A stretch of 61,517 nt of DNA, counting the filler, from Rhabdomonas costata (Eukaryota): assembly GCA_019059605.1 (NCBI GenBank). It is 20 parts of 20 records of this genome, joined end to end, with 100 filler letters (N's around TTAATTAATTAA, not from the genome) between each part and the next. Parts side by side here need not be neighbours in the genome. Positions count along the whole stretch, not along the records: positions 1 to 2,986 come from JAHMHO010001597.1; positions 3,087 to 6,070 come from JAHMHO010001598.1; positions 6,171 to 9,155 come from JAHMHO010001599.1; positions 9,256 to 12,237 come from JAHMHO010001600.1; positions 12,338 to 15,319 come from JAHMHO010001601.1; 15 more parts are not named here. One strand, given 5' to 3'. Shown here piece by piece: positions 1 to 12,576 of the stretch. Position 1 is the first letter of the stretch. Every line of letters starts with the position of its first letter. The translations under genes and the position numbers were made by a program. Under the pieces are notes generated by a model. It was not told the origin of the DNA, did not search any database, and saw only the letters and a program-made list of their open reading frames with translations.

Positions 1-561
1 GTGTTGTGGGCGGCCTCTGGGGCGAAGTGTGCCCGGTGGGGCCCAGGCATCGTCACAATCTTCCAGGGGGTTGTTGGCAAGGAGCACACGAAAGGGAAGA
101 GGAGCTGCCGCGGTCATACCGCTTTAGTTTATAAATGTTATTGTCACCATTGTCGACCCTTTCACTTTCCTGTGTCGGAACTGCCGGTGCTGTGCTTGGG
201 AACTCTCCAATTTTATGGCTTCTCATTTTGTGAGCTGGTGGGTTACGTGTCAACTTGTTTATGGTATGCTGAGGGAGTGTGCTTGAAAGCGCGTCGTCGG
301 TTGTGGATGTCTGTCAGGTCGTTTTTTTGACACCCCCCCCCCTTTTGGTAAGAACGAGCAAAAACATCAACAATCACTATTTTTGGTCAACCAGGCAGAG
401 CTCGACAGGTGTCGGCAGACGGTGATTATTGGTGGTGGTGGTGAAGCTTGACCATTTCTTGACTTGGACTCTGTAGTTGTCGCTACCCTGGTATACCTGC
501 CTGCTGTACCCTTTTTTCTCTTTAGCGATAAGTATTTATTTTGGGGAGCTGGGTGTGTGTG

Positions 562-2617
562 ATGGCTCCGTCGACCACCCTTGCTATGTTAATTGAAGGC
601 ACTATCCTGGTTTTCCTTTTCTGTGGCGCTGTGGGGTCATCGCCGCCGCGGTGCTCCCTGGAGTACTCCACCAAGCAGTGGTACGGGCTGCCCCGGGACT
701 TCACCCCTCTGACAGATCCGAAGGTGGAGAGGAAGTTCCACCCCGCCACCGCAGCCCAGATGCAGGGCTGCGCCAAGCAGGCCCAGAGCCCCGTTCCCTG
801 CCGCCTGCGGGCGGCCGCAGATGCGACTTCCGCGCACTTGCCGAGGTGCACGCTGGCCAGCCTGAGTGAGGGGTGCTGGGTTTCCCGGGAGGAAGTTCGG
901 CGTGCCCCGGCGGAGGTGGTGCAGGGGTACGTGCGTGGGGATGTGCGCAATGCTCTTCGGTGGCTGAAGACGTGGATGCCCAGTGGGTGCTGGTACTACC
1001 GCTACAACGTGTCCTCGCTGGAGAGGTGTGCGCGTTGGCTAGCTGTACGAATATCCCCCCCTGAAAAAACCCGAAGCAAAGAAAGTGAGAAAACCGGTGA
1101 AAACTCGTGCAAAAGAAAACGTGGAAATTTGGTGGCCCTGCGCATATCCCCTCTTAATATACTGAACTGGGCCCGTCTTGAACTCGAAACGAGATGAGAT
1201 GAGATGAGAGGGATTCATTTATCACCCCTGATACTTTTGGGATGGTAAGAAACCTTCCCATGGTACCGGCCAGAGGGTGCAACGACCGGCCACACAGCCT
1301 TTTGGGAGGCCCACTGTACATATTCGGCTTTGCCCTCGTCACGTGGTTCCCATGTTTGATTCTTCCGGTGCCGTAACTTCGCGAACTTAGTGGATTTGAC
1401 AAGCGCTTCGAAACGGTTTTATGATTACTTAAATCCTGCAAGTGTTGTTTTCGTCCCCCTGCCACCGCAGTAATTTGCTGTGTGCATTCTTCTGAACTTA
1501 TGAAGCACCGCAGTGCAACGGCGGGGCTATTGAGCGAATTCATTTCCTTTTTTCTTTCGATTTTCTTAGCAACAGTTTCTTTTGGGCCACTTCCACGGTT
1601 TCCTTTGATAAATGACTGGTGCCCGTTTTCTGAATATTTGGGATTGTATTGGATTGGATCTTGCGAGCTATAATGTCCTGAAGAGTTTTGCAATCCTACT
1701 TTTTGGATTAGTAATTGGCCTAAAGCCACACGGAGCTGTCTGAGCTGGGTGAAGCAGTTTCCCCTTCCTTTTGTTCAAGGTGTGCCCGGCAGTGGCAGGC
1801 TCAGAAGGGTACCCCGCTGTGGATCTTCTTCATCGGCGACAGCACCACCCGTGGAATCTACTGCGACCTTCTCCGGATCCTCAACGGCGGGGAGACTGCC
1901 GCACTTCCCGTGGGTCCTTGCTTCCTTCGGCTTCGCAACGGAGTAACGGCAGTGGCCTCGATGCAAACCGGAGAGCAGGAGTTCTCATATCACTGCGGGC
2001 CTGGGTTTCCGTTGAAGGTCAGCTGGCATTATACCTACTCCTTGGGGGGCAGCGAGGCGCTGCAACTTCTGTCTAGCGTGCTGGGCGGCAACGGCTCGAC
2101 TGCAGGGGGCATATGGCCTGCGCACCCTACTCATATTGTTTACAACTCCGGGGCGTTTGACTACGACCGCTACGCCAGGATTCTGACTCGCCCTGAGACT
2201 GCGAAGAAGAGGACGCCGGCTCAAGTGGAGATGGCCCGGCTGGGGCTGCGGACCCGCCACCTGGTGCGAGAGAAGAAAGTGGGGGAGATTTTGGATATTC
2301 TGGCACGAAGCCACTTCGCCGGGCAGTTCTTCTATCGCAACAACCACTGCAATGTCCGGTACAACGCCCGGAGGGCGGACTCCGGTGTGGAGGCCCGGTT
2401 TCGCGCGGCTGGCCACGAGGTCCTGGACACTTACAACATGAGCTTGGGCCGCGGCGCGGAGCTTCTGCACACTGATGGGTTCCACTATTATCGCGAGCAG
2501 ACCCACCAGAGCCGGTGGATGGCCAAGGTCCATGTCGGGGAGCTCAGCGTGCAAGTTCTGATGAGCTTCCTGAATGCCGTGTGCAACCCGGTGATTCCGG
2601 AGCAGGAGCCTCTGTGA
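562..2617 (+). CDS. Secreted or membrane-anchored PC-esterase (SGNH/GDSL-like, TBL/NXPE-type) protein; exons 562-1025 and 1780-2617
   Basis: Hydrophobic N-terminus (LIEGTILVFLFCGAVG) and a W-x-P-x-x-C motif (TWMPSGC). Across a GT-AG intron the frame reads LERCARQWQAQKGTPLWIFFIGDSTTRGIY...IVYNSGAFD...LDTYNMS...TDGFHY, giving the GDS and DxxH catalytic motifs. Stop at 2617. Confidence 0.8.
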
Positions 2618-2875
2618 CCTCTAATCACTTCAGCACTGTAACGTTGTGGCCGAGGAACATCATTTACCCCGGCTGAAAGCGAGAGCCTGAAGCAAGTGGT
2701 GCAGCTCCAGCAGCAGAGATTCGCTGCTGCCCTTGAACTACCTTGGGCAAAAGGATGAGCCCACGCGCTTCTGCTCTCCTCATCCTCCACCGGAATGACA
2801 CAAAATTTTCACGAAGCCCATGTGCTGATGTACCACAGGAGCGCCTTCTGGTCGGTGCGAATTTTGCAGGGCACC

Positions 2876-2980
2876 TGGGTTTGGTCTCGAATGTGCTGGA
2901 ATGTATGTGCTCCTGTATCAAGGATAAATTAGCAAAGATTCAGGAGCACATACATTCCAGCACATTCGAGACCAAACCCA
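2876..2980. repeat. Terminal fold-back inverted repeat (40-bp arms 2876-2915 / 2941-2980), probable amplification artefact
   Basis: Perfect reverse-complement arms that run into the A/C-only contig tail. Confidence 0.9.
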
Positions 2981-2986
2981 AACCCC

Positions 2987-3086
2987 NNNNNNNNNNNNNN
3001 NNNNNNNNNNNNNNNNNNNNNNNNNNNNNNTTAATTAATTAANNNNNNNNNNNNNNNNNNNNNNNNNNNNNNNNNNNNNNNNNNNN
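2987..3086. other. Artificial contig linker N44-TTAATTAATTAA-N44 (first of 19). Contigs: 1-2986, 3087-6070, 6171-9155, 9256-12237, 12338-15319, 15420-18402, 18503-21486, 21587-24569, 24670-27651, 27752-30732, 30833-33813, 33914-36893, 36994-39971, 40072-43050, 43151-46128, 46229-49206, 49307-52284, 52385-55362, 55463-58441, 58542-61517
   Basis: The same 100-nt spacer recurs about every 3.08 kb. TTAATTAATTAA gives stops in all six frames, and contig lengths fall steadily from 2986 to 2976. Confidence 0.98.
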
Positions 3087-3384
3087 GGTTTTTTGGGACA
3101 TCTGCTACATGGTGGAAAACTGGCTCCCTCACTTGTTGATCTCGGTTGTATCCGCGTTGCGCAGTCCTCGGTGTTTGGTGTCGCAGTCCTGCAAGATATG
3201 TGTTGAAGCGCTGAGGGGACATGATGAAGATTAGGGAATCCTTTCCTGCCGTCTGTCTGGTTTCTGGGGAGTGGAAGGACCTCCTACAAGGCTGTCTCTT
3301 TGCCAGATCCCCACGTTCTTTTTATGGGATGCTGGTGCATGCTGCTTTCTCTGCCTGACCGTTTTTCTGTTCTGCCCCTCTCAG

Positions 3385-6021
3385 GCGGTGGTTTCGGCTG
3401 GTGGATAATCAGCTGCTGTACTTCCGCGAGAAGGCTGACAAGATGGGCAAGGTGGTCGAGGTCACGAAATGCCGCTTGGTGTGAGAGATGTTCTCCTTTT
3501 CGAAATCTTCCCGCCGTGCGTTTACGGTGCAGGAAATCTGACCCCTTCCCCATTTCATGGTGTTGCCAGTGTCCAACTTCAGGCGCACAAAGCAACGGCA
3601 CATATTCAAAGTGGCAGCAGAGGGAAAGACCGTGTGGAAATGTATGTGTTAAGAATCTGTGCAACTCCGGATACTGTGGCACTCGGTTGTTTGCTGGTAG
3701 TGGTTCCTCGCCTGATTTTCGCCTGATTTTTCAGTGACCAGACATATTCAAGGGCTCAATTGTGCAAAAAAAAAAAACAGGGAGTATCGTGGGCTGGGCC
3801 CCGTTTATGCCGGAGGTCCGTGGGGCTTTGTGATGTGTGTACCGTAATGGGTGCGTTCACCCCGAATCACACTACTCTCACCCCACTCAATCACTTCCCC
3901 CACTTCCCCACTTCTGACCAGCATCTAGCACCCTGGTCCTCTCATTGTCCACCCCCACCTCCATGCCAACTTTTCTGTTCACTTCTTGTGCCTCACATCA
4001 GCCAGCACGCTATTATGAACATCTCTACATCGGACTGTTTTTTGTTCCTTTCCCGCTCCCTTTCTCCAGTTGGACTATCCCGGCCGCAAGTTTTCCTTCA
4101 CGCTATCCCACGTCGACGGGAAGCATGCGATGCACCTGTCATGCGAGACGGAGGAGGAGAAGGCTGGGTGGGTGCAGCAGCTGGTGCCCCTCACCGCTGT
4201 GGTACCCCTCCTGCACATAACTTACAGAAACGCACAGAGACACACTTGTCTCTCGCCCTGAAAACAGAGGCAGCGGGGACTCCTTTTCGTCAAGTTGTTA
4301 TTTGACACGCTGGGGCTGCGGGTGCAATGGACGCTGTGTGTGTGTGTGTGTGTTTGCCATCCAAAAAAGTGCTTTTTGAGACTTGGAGTGGGGCGCTGTT
4401 GTTGTGGAAATTTGGATCCATTGGATCCAAAAGTAGGTCTCCGCCTCGAAAGTTGTGAAAGCCGTAACACCGATCCCCCCCTTCGAGCTCCTTTGATTCT
4501 CTTCCACCCTCCCGGCGCAGGCAAGGTCTGCGTCCACGCTGGAGCGACCCAGGAGCCTGGGTCAGTCCGCCTCTTCCTCCGCCTTCCTGGCCTCACAGCG
4601 GGGAGGTGATCCTCCAGGTCGGCCTGTGTCTGTGTCTTTTCATATGTCCCGATAGGTGCCCTATCGATTGTTGGACACCTCGACCACAGAGGTCTCAATC
4701 AAGTCGGCCGGAGTGGTGTGAAGCAACGTACATTGAAGGGTTCGTTTCGTTTCACAAGGAAACCCTGCGTTTCAGTCGTATAGGAACGGTGGAGTGTGCT
4801 TTGCCTTCTAATTCTGAGTGTCTCCAGAACTAATTTCACCCAACAGACGCCACAGACTGGAGCCCAGCACGCCGTGCCCCACTGCTTTGTAGTAGATCCG
4901 CTGTTATCGACTGAAGCCGTTGAAGCCCTTACTTTGCCAGCGTGGATAGCTTTTTTCGGAAGTGTGGCAGTTCTCACCTTTTGTCCTTATAGCCCCCCCC
5001 CCACCTCGGGTGTCTGTGGCTTCCCCGTAGGCAGTCGCCTGGAAGACTATGAGCGACTCGCCCTGATCGGCCGGGGCAACAGCGGAAAGGTAATGAAGGT
5101 CCGCGAGAGGCACACCGGGCAGGTGTACGCTCTAAAGGTGATGCGCAAGGAGTATATCGTCCAGAACCAAATGGAGGGTATGCGTGCTGATCATTTAGAG
5201 AGAAAGAGTGTGAGAGAGATAGTGTGGGCTGCCTTTGCGATGTAATTTGAGCGGAGACAAAATGACCCTGCTTTGGGATTGCGGGGGGGGAGGGAAGCTG
5301 CAGTAGGGCGCATCCGACCTATTTTTGCGCTGTCTCATTCTGACATCCAGCAAATGCGTGTCACTGTGTGAGTGCCTATGTATCTGGTATGTTCGAGGAA
5401 ATGCACCTGCATTGCATATGTGTGTGTTTTCCGCCAAAAAGGGCCGGTGATGGCAGAGAAGGGGATCCTCGCCGTGGTCTCCCACCCCTTTGTGATCCGT
5501 CTGCACCACGCCTTCCAGAACGACACCAAGCTATTCCTTGTGCTGGACTTCCACGCAGGTACCTTCCCCCTCCCTCTCGCCGGTTTGCTGGAAAGGGCCC
5601 TTTTTGTATTAGTAGTGTCGGTTTCCTGCTGTTTTTGCAAGACTCTGTTATGGCTGATGCTTGCCTGCGTTCGCTGCTTTTGCGGCATTGTCATGGACTT
5701 GGCTCCCTATCTCACACTTTCCCCTGTGTGGCTGATTCTCCTGAAATTGTCATCGCTCTACTAAAATGTGCCTGATCCCCTTTACTGCCCTTTGCAGTCC
5801 TTTCCGGAGGTGCTATTCTTTGTTTTGGGTATGCGTGGGATGTGTGCGGTGGGGGCCGTGCTTATAGGCGGGTCGCTGCTGTTCCACCTGGTGAACAGCG
5901 GGTACTTCCCGGAGACTCGCACGCGGTTCTACGCCGCGGAGATTGTGATGGCCCTGCTGCACCTGCACTCCCAGAACATCATGTTTAGGGACCTCAAGCT
6001 GGCGAACATCCTGCTCGACAG
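3385..6021 (+). CDS. PH-domain AGC family Ser/Thr kinase (Akt/PKB-like architecture), partial; exons 3385-~3460, 4070-4183, 4521-4617, 5031-5177, 5442-5558, 5868-6021
   Basis: PH pieces RWFRLVDNQLLYFREK and HLSCETEEEKAGWVQQL. Kinase motifs IGRGNSGKV, YALKVMRK, HPFVIRLHHAFQ, RFYAAEIV and FRDLKLANILLD. GT-AG junctions from 4070 onward are phase-consistent; a small PH exon may be missed. Confidence 0.92.
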
Positions 6022-6223
6022 GTCAGATCAGCTACTGAAGCGACTGAAGAGTGGATATGCACCAAAAACANNNNNNNNNNNNNNNNNNNNNNNNNNNNNN
6101 NNNNNNNNNNNNNNTTAATTAATTAANNNNNNNNNNNNNNNNNNNNNNNNNNNNNNNNNNNNNNNNNNNNGGGTGTTGGGAAGCCGCAAGAGCCGATAGG
6201 AGGATGGGGGGAGGGCGGTCGAC

Positions 6224-7411
<1,188 letters not shown>

Positions 7412-7944
7412 CTGCACCACCGCACCCACAACGAGAACAAGCAATGACAACAGGTTAACACCACAAGACCACAACCCCAGAAATGCTCAGCAAGAAGCTT
7501 GTATGGAAGCAAGGATGGAATGCAAATGCAGATGCCACATACGCCGAACAGTCATAGAAAAGAAACGGAGGATGGAGAGAAGGATCGGGGGCAAATCGGG
7601 CAAAGGGAACGCGAAAGAGAAAAGCTAAACCCTGTATCCGAAACACCACATCCCAACAACTCCCCTCCCAAAAAAAAATCGTGCCGGCGCTAGAGTTAAG
7701 AAGTCCCGTTGCGAAACGAGGGGCACGTGCCCTAAAGAGTAAAGCTGCCAAAGACAAAGGGAAAGGATCCTCCCTAACTCTCACAACCCAAATTTGGAGC
7801 AAAAATTCTACTGATAACGGTTTCGTCCCGGAGGGGCTCCCGCTACACCACCCATCAGTCAGTCACTGGGGCACCCTATGGACTCTGAATATGGCACCGG
7901 GGTTGCCGATTCCGGAATCCCCGCATCCCCGCATGGCCGCACAC

Positions 7945-9051
7945 CCGGTACGCAGCACTCCTCAGTGGCGCAGACCCAACTGCGGCAGAAGATCGAAGAC
8001 GGATTGGAGCGTTGCAAGTGGTGCCGCGGGCAGGGGATCCGTGTGGCGCACGTTGGTGCTGAACGAAAGAAGCAAGCAATGCAAACAGTGGCGCGGTTCC
8101 GAACTTTGGCCCCACTGAAAGAAGCACCCAGAGAACAGGGACGGGAAGAGCAGTGGAAACAAATAAGGACAAATAGGGACAAGGCTGACCCTCTTGTGCT
8201 GGGACCCTTGGCCCATATGATATGGGCAAAAAGGGGTGATTCCAAATTGAGGCAGGCAAATCCAGGCAGCATCGGCACTGCTTCTCGCTGCCACCGAAGG
8301 CCCCCACAGCGGCTTCTATGGGGGCGATGAAGCCAGTGTTGAGCGCTTGGCGGTTTGGTGTGTGCGTGGGAGGGGGAGGGGTGCGTTCGGCCGCGCAGCA
8401 CCGCAAGGCTTAGCACTCGTCTGACGCCTAGAGGAATCCACTGGCGGAGGGGCTATCCACTGTGTGAAGTTTCTGTCTTCTTTCCGCAACCAGCTTTCAG
8501 AGTACCGGGTTGATAAGTCACGTAAGTACTCAGGTTGGGCACAGCGCGAAATCCGGAGAACCGAAAAGGGAGGTAAGGGGAAATGACATGTGGATCCCAA
8601 AGTTTGGCAGTGGGGTGGGCTCATTTTTGTGTCCTCAAAGATCCAGAGCAAACCAACCGAAGGCAGGTTACCCAGTATGCGACCCAGCAGGCAAAAAAAA
8701 CTTACTTAGATTAATATAGTTTATGCAAATGGTAACTACGGTTTATTGCAAAATCACTCGCGTCACGACAAATCACGCAAGAAAAATGCTGTCTTGCTTT
8801 CCCGCGGGCACTCGCGTGCGCGCGTAAAAAGCAACCATCAGCTCAGAAAGAAGAAAACCACGACAATTCAGCGCGAATCAGTGTGTCACCGAAGTTCATC
8901 GGGCAGCGCAACCCCCTTATCATGCGCGTACCCGGCAGGCAGCAGTCGTTCGCAGTGCAATTGACCGCCGGGCAGTGTTTCGAAGATTTTTCCTTCATAA
9001 GCAGGGTGCCCGCGGGGCACCAGGAAGCAGGCAAAGTAGCGCACGTCGGAG
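7945..9051 (-). CDS. Cysteine-rich repeat protein with one repeat per phase 1-1 exon (9051-8932, 8058-7945), partial
   Basis: Both exons have AG/GT boundaries and lengths divisible by 3 (120 and 114 nt). They encode the paralogous modules APTCATLPASWCPAG...HCPAVNCTANDCCLP and APTCATRIPCPRH...FCRSWVCATEECCVP. Confidence 0.75.
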
Positions 9052-9255
9052 CTGAGAAGTGTGAGAAGAGACCCCCCTCCCAACACAGACGTGGGAAAAA
9101 ATACTTTTTCACACACAGCGAGACCACGAAAGCTCCGCCCTCAAGCCCACAACACNNNNNNNNNNNNNNNNNNNNNNNNNNNNNNNNNNNNNNNNNNNNT
9201 TAATTAATTAANNNNNNNNNNNNNNNNNNNNNNNNNNNNNNNNNNNNNNNNNNNN

Positions 9256-10318
9256 ACTACGCCAAGAGCCAGAACTTGGGCGTATGGCATTCCTACCCCC
9301 TTCCGCCGCTGTGCTTAGCATGCACCATTTTGGCCAGGGCTTGTTGCGATGTCTTGTGTCCCTTCCAGCCACCCTTTACTGGGGGCTAATTTTTTTCCTA
9401 TGCACTGAGTTTCTTCCATCTTTATCCATGGGAAAGGTCTCCGTCAGATGGACACACAAGGCCCTTCCCAGAATGGGGTTTGTGTTGTGTGTTTCCTGTT
9501 ATTTCATTGTTCCGCCTGATCGTTGATCATGAGATTAAAATAGACATTGGTACAAGGACGCTTTCTGTCCGAGGATGTTGTGTGGGAGGATCTTCTTGGG
9601 GCTGGAGTTGGCAGAGCCACTCCAGGTACTGACTGCCCTTGGGATCCCCATTCGCATTTTCTAAGACTAAGTGTAAAATACTTCGCGAAGAAAATGGAGA
9701 AGTTGGAACCAAGGTAAAAGAATCAAGAGTGCATTGCGACTTCTTCACTTATATATGGTGAATGCAATTCGTCAGGTGCCAAACACCCAGAATGGCAGTG
9801 AACAGGAACATTGGTAAAGGATGGATGGAGGTATCCCCAACGGGAAGGAGAAACCATATGCCATATTCACCGACGACTTGCACACTACGTATCCGACGTG
9901 GTTTTTCGCCTCTCTGTTTCTGTTACTTTGACCTGCTCAGGCGAAGGTGGTGAACGCCAAGAAGTCGCAGCTGTTGACCGCTGTGCTCAACCACATTAAC
10001 GGAGTCGGACATCCGCCCAAACGCTCCGCGGCACAAAAGCAACAGGTAGAACGGCGTGTTGAGGCGAGTTATTTTTTTTGGCGGAAATGGCGCCCGTGCT
10101 TTGCAGCACAGGAAGGTGAAAAGTCAAAGATTCTGAACTGCCCGATGTCTACAGAAACTGACTGGCGGCTGGACGTCAATACCCCCACAATTTCGCCGCA
10201 TCCCGCTACTCCTGTGCTGTCCTTTCTTTCTTCCAACCTCTGCGTCATCTCAGGTGGTAGGAGACGAAGATGAGGGGCATCAGCCGCCAGCTCCTGATTC
10301 CCGTCAGCTGCTACCGTG
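9256..10318 (+). CDS. Hypothetical protein, C-terminal exons (approximately 9256-9281, 9941-10045, 10253-10318)
   Basis: AG/GT-bounded open segments YAKSQNLG, AKVVNAKKSQLLTAVLNHINGVGHPPKRSAAQKQQ and VVGDEDEGHQPPAPDSRQLLP*. No family recognised. Confidence 0.4.
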
Positions 10319-11089
10319 AGCCCAAAGCCTGCGAAGGAAGCAAGCCCCCCCTAGGCGCTCTGTGTGGATACAATCCTTCAGGATACCTTCAGGACAGAGT
10401 GACCTTTCGGCTCTGCGAGGTGCCTCGTGAGCCTCAGATGCTGGCTGGTGGTGTCCGGCACCCGAACGATGGGATGTGGCAATCTTGCCTGACATGTCGT
10501 CAACGCTGGGTAACAGGTTTTGCTCGTCGGTAAACTGAATTTCTCATTTTTTTTGCTTGGGCGTACCGCTGTGATAGGGGTGTGATTGAGGCGAGATTGA
10601 CACAATTGAGAAAAGCGCTGTGAGACAAGTTCTGGATCACTTGGGTGGGTTGTTCTGCCGTTCCCGAATTTTCAATGCTGTTGAAAATCGTTGCAAAGGT
10701 GTACGCTCGCCATAATCTCTGATGCTAGTAAAGTTGATAGAATGTAGAAAAGTTGCTGCTTTTCTCTTGACAAGCCCCGGCGTGCATCGCCTGCTCCCCA
10801 CATGCGCATCTATACTTTTACAGTTGCCGGGTACCCTGCCCTCAACCACCTGTAACTCTATTTTATTTGAACACAATGTGAACATGCACCGTTATCCCCC
10901 ATATTCGTCTTCATTGCCGCTGAAAGCGTTATAACACCCAAAGCGCCAGCATGGTTCGCTGTCGTCATCTGATAGGCCCCAATGACTTCCAGCAAAGTTG
11001 TGGTTGGGAGACCCAGAGAGGAAATAAATGGAGCCCATCAATCTCTTCAGCTCTCTTTTGCAGCCGATTCCCTTCCTTTTCTCAACCCA

Positions 11090-12237
11090 ATGGCAGCCGC
11101 GCCCCCCGCTTCTTCCAAGTGCCGGCGAACCTTCGCGAGCCCTCTCTCCGTCAGTCGCGTGGAAGTCAGCCACACCGAGAACAGTGTTCTCCGAGCAGAG
11201 CAGAGCTCACAGAAGAAGAACTCGCCCCCGCCTCCCTCATCGGAAGTATCTGCGGCTTGCGAGCCCGCCACTGTGTGCGGGAACTGTCGTTTTGAGGGGA
11301 CCCTGGATAAAGAGGAGCTGCCGGCAAAGCGAGCAAAGCCAACGCCAGATGACAGTCAGAGTGCTCCCGTGGTAATGCCTCTTGCTACCCCTCAGGAGAC
11401 CAGTGGGGCGGCCAGCGCCAGTCTCGTTCCCATGGCTTCCACAGGAAGTGCAACGATGGAAAAGAGGGCGCCTTGTGGGAGGAAGGAGGTGAACGAAACA
11501 ATTCTCGAGGAGAAACGGAAGAAGTCTCCGCAAAAGGGCTCTCAAGGCTTTAACTCCGTATGAGACACCCCACCACCACACACATACATCGAAATGCGTA
11601 GTAGTATAGAGTTACCCGTGGAAAGTTCCATACGCCTCGCAAAAATACTGCCGCCCTCTGGTTTGGTGCCTTAGTGGTTTTGTGGGATTTGAACTCTTAT
11701 GAACGAGTAATTTGATGCTTTGAGGCGTGTGAGACCGATTCCACTGCATGGGGCGGATTACTTTGGGGGTCAGCAGGTCTACGGTTACCAGGCTTTGCTG
11801 TTGCTTGTCGTGGTTTAGCGTGCAGCGGTTCACATAGCTATTACGCTAGTTAATGACCCACATGTCAGAATCCCGCCCGCTCCGACCGCGCTGCAGACTG
11901 GCCTCCCTAAACAAGACCTCCTCCTGTCCCAAAAATAATGATGGCATCGTACCCCTGGTCAGCACATATCATCTTCATAAGCCGGAGCAAATCCGCTGGC
12001 CCTCAACGAGCACTTCTTTTGGGAGCGTTTTGGCTCCAGCGGTAGCTGTTGGCTCTCCCTTCCCTTTGATCAGCGTGACATAGCGGTACTGCGACTTGTG
12101 ACAGGTGTGCGGTGCTGCGGGGGAGAATGAAGCGAAACTGCCCTCCATTTCGGTTAAGCTTACCGCGAAGGAGAAACATGATATTCTCCGAAGCAGCCGG
12201 CCCCCTCTCGAAAAAGTGCAGTTCCAACCCCCCCACC
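11090..12237 (+). CDS. Hypothetical protein, low-complexity N-terminus; exons 11090-11557 and 12105-contig end
   Basis: ATG lies 27 nt after a pyrimidine-CAG acceptor (11063). A 156-codon S/P/A/E/K-rich frame ends at TCC|GTATGA, and a phase-0 exon at 12105 reads VCGAAGENEAKLPSISVKLTAKEKH. Confidence 0.5.
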
Positions 12238-12576
12238 NNNNNNNNNNNNNNNNNNNNNNNNNNNNNNNNNNNNNNNNNNNNTTAATTAATTAANNNNNNN
12301 NNNNNNNNNNNNNNNNNNNNNNNNNNNNNNNNNNNNNGTGTTGGAAGATGAAGGGATGTTTTTAGTAAAGGCTTTTGTCTTGCCTCAGTCGAGGGTTCTG
12401 TTGACAGCACCTGTACATATTCACACCTGTAAGCCAATCGCTGGAGCCTGCCTACGCGCGAAACCCACTGTTTGCTGGTCTTTGCGGGCGTTTTCGCCGC
12501 GTGTGCCACGCGTGTGCCACGGCTGTCATTTTATATTACCGGCTGTCGCTCACCATGTTTGATTTTCTTTTCCCAG

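Noticed and set aside
2876..2980. Terminal hairpins (also 24422, 36744, 61290) as hairpin telomeres, MITEs or pre-miRNAs
   Set aside because: The arms are unrelated to each other, perfect, copy local sequence and all end at the primer-like tail, which fits fold-back artefacts.
3031..3042. TTAATTAATTAA recurring every ~3.08 kb as a biological repeat or CRISPR-like array
   Set aside because: Always embedded in 44+44 Ns; it is a six-frame-stop concatenation linker.
4812..4823. TTCTGAGTGTCT matches part of the Euglena spliced leader as I recall it
   Set aside because: Only 12 nt, intronic, and lacks the following T-tract, the CG|GT donor and an Sm site.
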